A stretch of 64,000 nucleotides of DNA from Podarcis tiliguerta (Eukaryota). Position numbers and translations under genes: made by a program. Below, in pieces: positions 14,101 through 24,300 of this stretch (the stretch's first letter is position 1; each line of letters starts with the position of its first letter). The stretch lies in NCBI GenBank assembly GCA_965153285.1, contig OZ229122.1. One strand, written 5' to 3'. The notes beneath the pieces are model-generated. The model was not told the origin of the DNA, did no database searches, and saw nothing but the letters and a program-made list of their open reading frames with translations.

Positions 14101-15791
14101 AAACCTCTGTTGTGTGGAAAGCAGGTTCAGTGTGGCCTTATAAGTCATTCCTGCAGTGTAGTAGCTATTGAGGATGTGGAACCCGAGGGAAACATTTGAT
14201 AAAATGTTGAGATTCTCATTTATCTCTTTTACAGCAAATGCAAAAGCCATGACATGCTGGTAGTTCTTGGGCACTGAACTGCAATTAGAGTTACAGGCTC
14301 TTTAATCAAATAACAACAACAACAATAATAATTTGTTGAATTTATAATAATCATTTATTGGCATCATTTCAAAAGTTAAATGTAGCAAAAAAAAAAAATG
14401 CTGGGTAGGAACCAGAATTAGTCAGAATAGACCATTGACTTAATGAGCAAAACTAACATAGGATTTTTTTCATTTTAATGAGTCTGCTTTGAGTAGAACT
14501 CAGTAAATACTAACTACTCAGGAGAAGTGGTAGTCTACAGTATAATGAAATGAAGGGGGGCAAAAATTTGGGGACAATCTCATTGTTGATCAAACTGCCC
14601 CCTCCACTTATTTTTAGGAGCAGAATAGGAGTATTTTTTGCCTTCTCCATATACATTTATTTCATTTACTGCATTTATTATTGAAAATCTATTTAGCAGC
14701 AGGTTAAATCAAACATTAAATATACATAATAATAAGTAAGCAACAGATCAAGCAACTGATCTGGATCATTTATGATATCAGGGACCAGATATATTTTAAT
14801 TCAGTTGCAGTGCGTATACCCAAAGAAAGAAGAGAAGAAGAGGAGGAGTTTGGATTTGATATCCTGCCTTTCTCTCCCTTTAAGGAGTCTCAAAGCAGCT
14901 AACATTCTCCTTTCCCTTCCTCCCCCACAACAAACACTCTGTGAGGTGAGTGGGGCTGAGAGACTTCAGAGAAGTGTGACTAGCCCAAGGTCACCCAGCA
15001 GCTGCATGTGGAGGAGCGGAGACATGAACCCGGTTCCCCAGATTACGAGACTACTGCTCTTAACCACTACACCACGCTGGCTCTCAAGTGAAATGAGAAA
15101 GTGAAATGAGAAACAATCCTGCAGGTGGAAAGTACAAAGGAGAGCCTACAAGAATGAACTCACCTATATTTAAAATATCACCTATACTGACCCAGTTTGT
15201 TATGACTGAGGGCCAATTCCAAAATAATATTTTACAAACCATGTACCTGTACAATAATTTGCGTGCACACTTTTAAATTCAAAAAGTATGTGCAAGACCA
15301 TATTGTATTTCCAAACACAAATATCACAAACATACTCTCAATGGAGATTTAGATCCTTCACTAATTCTGAGTTTATCATTGTACAAGATGGGAATAGACT
15401 GGGCAGGCTACGCTCATACCAAAAACTAAATAATTTTACTTAAGCACAGTTTTACTTAATGATGCATTCTGAGTCACTATGGACTAAACATATTACAGGA
15501 AGAGAGAGAGAGAGAGAAAGGGAAAGAGAGAGAGAAGATGATGCTTTACATGGGTTCATTAATCAAGATCTTTGCAGGCTGTTCCATGAAAGAAAGGTTA
15601 TTATAGAGGAATAAGACCTGAGAAACAATCCCTCCAATGAGGAGGTCTCCTGGTTGATAAAATCCATGAGGAATCAGGAGACGATCATCAAACATGGTGC
15701 AATTAATCAGATTTGTCATGCATACACTTTGGCATAGGAGTACAAGTAGCAACATCAGCACCACCCAGATCCTGTTGAAAATGTTTTCCAT
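9114..15791 (-). CDS. V2R gene B, complete, ~877 aa; exons 15550-15791, 13987-14278, 12244-13086, 11702-11929, 11263-11389, 9114-10015
   Basis: Venus-flytrap exons 1-4, CRD ([11 protein letters not shown]) in exon 5, and a 7TM exon with TPIVKANN and [17 protein letters not shown]. Spliced length 2634 nt, in frame, no internal stops. Confidence 0.95.
10075..10107. repeat. (CA)n microsatellite (another at ~11087-11118)
   Basis: Read directly. Confidence 0.95.
13397..13578. mobile_element. hAT MITE, present in gene B intron 2 only
   Basis: TIRs cagggatgtccaaa / tttggacatgcctg; perfect 8-bp TSD catgtaac; empty site in gene C at ~26629. Confidence 0.9.
14825..15085 (-). mobile_element. tRNA-derived SINE (Squam3-like), gene B intron 1 only
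   Basis: Full-length copy; empty site in gene C at ~27615. Confidence 0.88.
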
Positions 15792-16194
15792 CCCAGCATA
15801 GATCTCTGTGTTTCCAACTACTGGATTTCTATCAACACGATTTATTGTGCAGCACAACATGTTGGTATTGTAAATTTTGTTACAGCCTCCCTTGAATGGT
15901 AATGATTCTGTTGGTACACACAGTTTTATAGCTGCAATTCTTAGATTAGCTCTGCACCAGTAACCTGGTAGCAAAGTTAATAATTGCTCCCTTTTCACAT
16001 GCCTAATTAATGAGGTCCAGTTTTTAACAGGAAGAAATGGACAAGTGGAAAATCATCAGCCAACAAAAAAGGGATGAGAAGCAGAGATACTCTAGAATAC
16101 ATTTTTTGAATTTTATTCTAAAAAAGTATAGTTGAATCAGCTGCTGGGATTATAGGTGGACATATGAAGTGGAAACAGTCACAGAAAAGATTAG

Positions 16195-16405
16195 CAAAGC
16201 TCTTCCTTTGCTAGGATTCAGTTGTGAACCATATGAAGATTATATAGCCTTTTCAGATGCTGATTGTTGATCTTGTTATTGGCCTCTGAAAATCTATTCT
16301 GTCAGAGGATGCAAAACAGTAATTTGAACAATGATGGGATGATGATCACTTCCCCAGAGTGCTATTGGCATTTGAAGTTACATAATATACCACAAAACTG
16401 CAAGG
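16195..16405 (-). promoter_or_regulatory. Conserved upstream element of gene B
   Basis: Homologous block; CAGATG at 16254-16259. Confidence 0.55.
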
Positions 16406-17203
16406 AATAGCCTCCTCCTAATCCTACAACTATTTTTCCTTATATTTTAGGAAGATTTAGAAATACATGGCACATGGCCTTATTGGTGCGGGTTGCTTCT
16501 GCCCAGAACTAAGTTCACACACTTGCCACTCAGATTTGGTATAAGTGTGTTTAATGCAGAGTTATAGCCTGGCAAATCTGAGGGTGGGTGTTTTCATGTA
16601 AAACAGTATATTATATGCTGTTTTGTTTTGTTTGTTAAATGTGTATATCACCCTTCATACATAGATCTCAAGGGGGTTCACAACATAAAATTTAAGATAA
16701 AAAACACAAAATAAATAATAAAAACAAGAAAAAGAACAGAAAAAATCAATTACCTCCTCTAGTTCGTTTAGCAGAACAATTGCAATTGTCTGTCACAGTT
16801 ATTGATATTAATATTATTTTGTCATTGAAAAAAAGAATTCATTCAAGCAGTAATAACAATGTGCAAGATACAGCAGACAAAATATCAGCTCCATGGAGCT
16901 TACAGCATATAAATTGACTGAGTATATGTATCTAGGAGCAAGGAACAGAGTAAGCAACTGGAGTTCTGGGCCCATGGAAAATTGTTTTCAAGGTCTGTGT
17001 GAAAGACAGTGGCCCTGGTGTGAAAGACAGTGGCCCTACTACGTTTTCAGGCAAAGTTCATTTCCAGCTACAATGGTAGCTAATGTGGAACACCCACCCA
17101 CCTTGCTAGTTATTAGATGCACCCCGTAATTCCTTTTAAGGAACATCGAGAGGAGAAGTGCTGGGATGAGCCACATCAGCACCATTTTCATTCTCCACAA
17201 TGC

Positions 17204-17820
17204 CATAACTTTCAAGATTCCTCAGATGAAAATAGGGACATTTCTCACTCCCCCAACTGATATTCTCCAATCTCCATTTTGTTTTCCCACTACAGAGCAG
17301 TTCCTATCAGAAGAAGGGTGAGGGCCGCCACCATTGCATCAACAGGACACAGCACACATGCCCTCCATCATACCAATAAATACTTTTCAAAAGGGGGCAA
17401 GATTAGACACACAAAGCATTTTTTAAAAGCAAGATTCCTTGTGGCCCACTCTGTTCCCTCTTTCTTCCTGCCCAGGGTGGCCCTTCCCTCTGTCTGCCCT
17501 ACAGAGCCAGTGCATCATATGGGTTTGGGCCTTGGTAGTGGCAGCCTCTCCTCCTCCTCACCCACTCTCCAGCAGCCGCTACAAACTGCCCAGGAGAGGA
17601 AGCCAGCAGCTGCGGCCATGGAGAGGCCATGGAAAGGCTACAGGGTGCTCCCTCACCTCCGCTGCCACTTGAGACAAGCACTGCCTCATTCTCTTTCCTG
17701 AGCTCAGCAGTGGCAGCACTGGTGGAGGAAATAGGGACATTCCAGGTTCAAATCAGAAGTCAGGGTGGCTTTCTTAATTCCAGGACTATGCCTGGAAAAT
17801 CTGGACACTTGGAGGGTATG
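17204..17820. mobile_element. Non-autonomous DNA-transposon-like element
   Basis: Imperfect TIRs cataactttcaag / cttggagggtatg, repeated aaatagggaca subterminal motif, caatgc on both flanks. Confidence 0.5.
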
Positions 17821-18338
17821 CAATGCCTCTTGACTCTGATTTAGCACCACAGAGGGATACTTCACAGGGACAGAACCTAAAAATAATGTAGAAAATCATA
17901 TAGTGCCTACAAGCCCTTACTTTTAAAATTAAAATAAAAAGATGCCAGCTGTGGTGGTTGAACTGGCTCTCGTCTCCTTTCCCTGCAAGGCCCATGTTTC
18001 CCATCAGAGATTATGGTGCAGAATTTCACAGCTTATCAACACTAGTGGGAACCGTCCCCCCCCCCACTAGTGCCGGTGTACTGGTAATGTCTTCACATTA
18101 CTAAGAATAGGAGAAGGCAGACAGAAGGAGTAGACCACCAAGCCCTTATCAGAATAAGGAATCTCTTATACTCTGCCTGAATCAATATAGGAAGTACCTT
18201 GAGGTGGGCTGTGGCCAGAGGTTTCTTCAGAAATTTTTGACAAAGGAAGCACTTGTACTGGAATTACAGATATACCTAACATAAGCATTTCCAAAGGACT
18301 ACATATATGAGCAGAAAGAAATGTATTTATTCTTCTTT

Positions 18339-21300
18339 TTATTTTCTTCTTCTTATTAATTGATCCCGGTTGTTCAGCTCAGGCCTGAGCAGAATGATGT
18401 AGCATTTAGGGAAGAAGATGCAGCCCAGTAACCCAGCACTCGAGGACAAGATGGAAAAGATCTCTACAGCCACCATATATTTCCCTTTGGTGCTTAGATA
18501 GGTTGGAACAAATGATAACCAAACAGTGCAAAACACCAACATGCTGAAAGTGATGAACTTGGCTTCATTGAAACTGTCGGGCAACTTCCTAGCCAGGAAA
18601 GCCACAACAAAGCTGACAATGGCCAGTGAGCCCATGTAGCCCAAGACACAGTAAAACATGAAAGCAGAACCATCATTACATTCCACTATGATTTCCCTAT
18701 CCAATGAGTACATGTCCATATCTGGGAAAGGAGGGGAGGTACTTAACCAAAGAGTACAAATGCCAACTTGAATCAAGGAAGAGGAAAGGACAATAGAATC
18801 TGCCATTCTTTTCCCCACCCATCTCCTCATTCCAGATCCTGGTTTGGTTGCCATGAAAGCCAGAACCACAGTGATGGTCTTTGCCAACACAGAAGAAAGG
18901 GCCACAGAGAATATGATACCAAAGGCTGTTTGTCGGAAAAGGCAGATGAGCTTTCCAGGATGTCCAATGAAGAGCAAGGAGCAGAGGAAGCAAAGGAGGA
19001 GGGAGATGAGGAGGATATAGGTGAGGGTTCGGTTGTTGGCTTTGACTATGGGAGTGTCCTTGTACTTCATAAAAATTCCAAGTACTAAACTTGTGATCAA
19101 ACAGAAAGAAATTGCCAATATAGTTAAGATGATCCCTAAATCTTCTTTGTAAGAGAGGTAGTTCACATCCTTTGGAATGCATTTAGTTTGTTCCTTGTTA
19201 GGACACTGTTCTTCTGGACAATTGACACAGGCATCGGCATCTTTAAAAAAAGGAAGATATATTTATCAGCTGTGAGGCACTTTCTATTTCTACATTTATA
19301 TGGCTGCTGAAAACTTGACTTATGTAGGCAAATAAAAATACATATTTCCACAATAGTTAGCTCTAGCTACTTCAACTAGCCAACTAGCCAACAGGATGAG
19401 GTAGCAGCATAGCTGGAGACAAAGGGTAGAAAACCACCTTGCTGCCAGGAGCCAGACACCAACTTTGTAGGTGGGATCAGAGGGAATCCACCTCTTGACA
19501 CACACATAATGGAGCACACATTCAGCAGAACTGACAAAAAGGGATTTCCATGAGTGAGCTTGCTCTGTCTCATCTTTAAAAGCTCTGTACAAGGGGCATT
19601 TCAACTCTTGGAGGATCTTCATAGCTTCTGTTTGGTTATGAACAACTTTCCTTGCTCATGCATCTTAAAAACTTGACCTATTTACCTTCTGCAGGCTGCT
19701 GAACCTGCACCGCTATTTGGTTGAATAAATATAGCTTTGTTAATTTCAAGTAAGAGTAGCTGTCATTGCATTTTGGGCCAGGGGTAATATAGGTTGGCAG
19801 TTGTTAACTGGGCATGTTCAAGATGGGCACATTTCCTTCTGCTTTGGATGATGGGATGGCTGGCAAACCAGCCAAAATCTTTCTATAATTTCAAGGAACA
19901 TATAATCTAAACAAGTAAATAGAAAGATGATGCATCACAGAACTTCCTTGATATTTCTGTTCATTATTTCTCCTACCCTTCTGGTGAGAGATCATCCCTT
20001 CTGGACATGGAGCACAATCATAGCAGCAAAATTTCTCTCCCTCCTTCTTTTTCCTGCTGTAGCCTGGGTAGCAGTTGTCATTGCAAATGGAAAGCGGCAG
20101 CACCTGTTCATATGCATGAAATACTATTAGTGATGTGTTTTGAGAACAGCAGGTCTGCAAAATATCTGAGGATGTGGACAAAATGTTTGGATCAGTCAGG
20201 ATAACCACTTGCACTGTAACCCGTTACTCCTCATGGCTTATAAATACTAGCAGAGAAGGGACAGCTGGCTGGGCTAGGGAAGTAATTAATGCCTCCTTCT
20301 GAGGGGCAATGGTTCCACCTTTTGAAGCCCTCCCTGAATTAGGAAAATCTAAGTAGTTGCACTGTGGGTTAAACCACTGAGCCTAGGAATGCTGATCAGA
20401 AGGTCGGTGGTTCGAATCCCCGCGACGGGGTGAGCTCCCATTGCTCGGTCCCTGCTCCTGCCAATCTAGCAGTTCGAAAGCACGTCAAAGTGCAAGTAGA
20501 TAAATAGGAACCGCTCCAGCGGGAAGGTAAACGGTGTTTCTGTGCGCTGCTCTGGTTCGCCAGAAGCGGCTTAGTCATGCTGGCCACATGACCTGGAAGC
20601 TGTCTGCGGAGAAACACCAGCTCCCTCGCCCCATAGAGCGAGATGAGCGCCGCAACCCCAGAGTTGGTCACGACTGGACCTAATGGTCAGGGGTACCTTT
20701 ACCTTTTAAGTAGTTACCGGCCAGTGGCCAATCTCCCCTTCTTGGGCAAGGTTCTTGAGTGGGTAGTTGTGGACCAGATCCAGGCAATCTGGGAGGAAAC
20801 TGATTTTCTAGATCCATTTCATTTGGGGTTTAGGCCCAGTTTTGGCACAAAAACTGCTCACTGGGGCAATATGGTTTGGGCATATTACATTGATCCTGGT
20901 CCGCCTGCACTGCCTGCCAATTTGTTTCCAGGCCCAATTCAAAGTGCTAGTTTTGACCTGCAAAACCTTAAATGACTCAAGATCTCAAGGACAACATCTT
21001 CCTATATGAACTGACCCAGACCCTGCAATCATCATTTGATGCGCTTCATTTGCTCCCTCCACAAGAGGTCCAGAGGGCAGCAACACAAGAATGGGCCTCT
21101 TTTGCTGTAGTTCCCCAGATCCCTCAAGTGTTCCAAGCTAACTGGGACAGCCATTGCTTCTGATTCCAATCCTGAATGCCCCAATTTTGCTCCCTGCACT
21201 GGCCACACCAGAGCAAGGGACCAAAAGGCGAGTACTTTTTTGGTTCTGCACTGTGACGTGAGTCAGTTGGCTCTTACTTGTAACCAAGCACTTATAGATG

Positions 21301-24300
21301 TTTCTCACCTGGTTAAAGCTTTGATGCCACACAATTTGATCATCATTGATAGCTAACTGTTTGCCTTGAGGTGCCTGAGGTTCCAGCCTGCCAACTTTCA
21401 CTCGAACCACAGAGCCATTGGGGAACATCAGCCAGTTTGTAATATCAAAACTTGTAACTAATTCGCCATTTTCATCAAAAGACACAGTATCTCCTTCATT
21501 GTTGTTGAATGCAATCCTCCTTAGAATGTGATGAACCTAAAATGAAAAGAATGTGAACAAAGAGACAGCAAAGTCTGGAAACCATTTCCAAGAAATAATA
21601 TATAATGAATTGAAAAGGATGTTTAAAATAACATTTGTAAAAAACTTAGAAGCTTTCCTTTTGGGAATTAAAGGGACAGAACTACCCAAACTGTACAGAA
21701 ATGTATTCATGGTATGCTACTACAGTGGCAAGAATGTTACTTGCTCCAAAACAGAAAGAAGTAGAAGTCCCAGCAAAGGAAGAATGAACAAAAACTTATG
21801 CATTATGCAGAAGTGGCAAAATTTACCGGAAAAATAGGAAATCAAGATAACAAACTTTTTATAAAAGGATGGAAATGGTTTATTGAATATTTACAGACAA
21901 ATTGTAAACAGAAAAGAACATTGGCAGGATTATCGTAATAACCTGCTGTTTCATAAGAATATATATTTAAAGTAGAGAGCCAGTGTGGTGTAGTGGTTAA
22001 GAGCGGTAGTCACGTAATCTGGGTAACCGGGTTCGCGTCTCCGCTCCTCCACATGCAGCTGCTGGGTGACCTTGGGCCAGTCACAGTCTCTCAGCCCCAC
22101 TCACCTCACAGAGTGTTTGTTGTGGGGGAGGAAGGGAAAGGAGAATGTTAGCCGCTTTGAGACTCCTTAAAGGGAGTGAAAGGCGGGATATCAAATCCAA
22201 ACTCTTCTTCTTCTTCTATCGTAATAACCTGCTGTTTCATAAGAATATATATTTAAAGTAGAAGAATAAATGAACTAATTAAGTTAATTTGGATATGTAG
22301 AAGTTAATAAAAATAAATTTAAGGACCCAAAGAAAGTGGGGGAAGGAAGTCAAGTCTGAAATGTTAAAATGACTGCAAAATTACTGAAATGTTTAAACCT
22401 GAAAATCATAAATAAAAATAATTTTTAAAAAACATTTCCAAGAACTACCCAAAGAGTTGTCAAACTCTTTTTGGGATAATGTATTTGATGGCATATTTCT
22501 AGCTATCATCATTATCATAATCTTTCGCCTTTTCCCCTGACAGGGCTCCATACACATGCGTAGTGATGAATTAAAATAATGAATAAATCACTATTTCACA
22601 TTGGGGTTAGAAGGAATTATCCAAATAGATTGACAGAAAGAAAAATGAGGAGAACTTACCTTTACTTATGCATCATAATCTTAACTGTATTGTTCTTTAA
22701 ACTGCAATTACCTGCCATGGTTGCACATCCTGAAATTTCAGACTCCCTCTGAAGCTTCGATGTTGGGAACTGATTTTATTTAAAGCATGTGCCACAGCAT
22801 AGACAGCATTGTAGACATTGTAGCTGTGACCAGTCATCTTCCCTTCAAACAAAATTCCAGAAAGGCTTTCCAGTTTCTCTTCTCCAGTGCATGCTTTCTT
22901 TCTCTCTCCTAGTCCATTGTACACTTTTAATGAACAGCTGAATGCCTGTTCCCAGAAGTCCTGGACAAAACCATCTCCTTTAACCCAGAAAGGTCTAATC
23001 GTCTGAATAAACTTTTGGAATCCTTGGGGCTGTTTTGAGTGAACTGTGAATGACATGGCACCATGGAAGGTTTGTATATCCCATATCTTCTGAACAGACA
23101 GTGATGCAAAATCCCAGTGGGATGTAGTAATCCATACTTTACAAAGAGGTGGAAATGACAAGAAAGGTGCTAGAAACAGTAATACTCTCAAAATCTGAAA
23201 AGATGGTGGTTCTCCATATACAAATAATGCACTCGCTTTTTTGTCACTGACGATTACATAACTTACCCAGTGCTTTATCATCAAGTCAATCAACTCATCA
23301 AAATATGCCCGTTTTGGTATTCTATCTATGAAGGCAGAACAGATGCCATTCTGAGAAAGCATTGGCACCATAGTCTGTAAAAACTGGTCCCCTTTGTCAT
23401 CAGCCACAGCCAAGAGCCCAACCCATGTCCATCTGAAATGCTGAAGTAACAGAACAACTCCCATGTGCTGATGAGCTTCATTTGGAACCATCTGGTATAA
23501 AAATGGGAATTGCATTCTGATACTTTTTACAGGCAAAAATGATCCATAAGTAAGCTGAAATGAAATATATTATCAATCTTTATTACGTTCCAGAGACCCA
23601 GCAAATCATTACAAAGCAATACATAATTCAGACAGCCTACCACCAGGTTAAACAAGCATTTTGTTCAGACTTAAAGATAGGGATGATTGGTTCTTGCAAC
23701 CACCAATAAAAACTTCACCACTGCTAATGTTCTAGTGTTTGTCCAGTCTTCCAATAGGAACCTGACATAGTGAGCCTCTGATTTTCCCAAGAAAGGTACT
23801 AGCAACGGTAATATCAGCACAGCCCTGGCTTGCTTGTATTTCACACAGTGCAGCAAAATATGTTTTATAGAACTGATGTCTTGAGCACATGAGCAAAGTC
23901 TGTCCTGGTAGGGAACTCCTCTCAGCCTGCCATCCAACACTGCAGAAGGAAAGATGTTTAGTCTGGTTTTGGTGAATAACCTTCGCTAATTTGGTACTGT
24001 CAGGTTTTTAATGTAAGGTAACTTAGAGACTGCTGGAGGAGACTCTTGAGAGTCCCATGGACTGCAAGAAGATCAAACGTATCCATTCTTAAGGAAATTA
24101 GCCCTGAGTGCTCACTGGAAGGACAGATCGTAAGCTGAGGCTCCAATACTTTGGCCACCTCATGAGAAGAGAAGACTCCCTGGAAAAGACCCTGATGTTG
24201 GGAAAGATTGAGGGCACAAGGAGAAGGGGACGACAGAGGATGAGATGGTTGGACAGTGTTCTCGAAGCTACAAACATGAGTCTGACCAAACTGCGGGAGA

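Larger units (their letters stand above)
11365..20080. repeat. Tandem segmental duplication, copy 1 (B exon 5 to C exon 5)
   Basis: Exons, introns and intergenic DNA are collinear and highly similar to 20081-32243, apart from copy-specific insertions. Confidence 0.9.

Noticed and set aside
15792-15998. Long N-terminal extensions of the exon-1 ORFs (also 38358-38516, 48238-48354)
   Set aside because: Several open only from non-ATG starts in the track, their lengths are not conserved, and they would bury the signal peptide.
17279-17701. 140-aa ORF as a novel gene
   Set aside because: Lies inside a TE-like element, has a non-ATG start and shows no recognisable domain.
18697-19182. 161-aa alternative-frame ORF and antisense 106-aa ORF repeated at 30860-31345 and 30931-31251
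   Set aside because: These are shadows of exon 6; their recurrence follows from the recent C/D duplication, and they are not maintained at this length in older paralogs.
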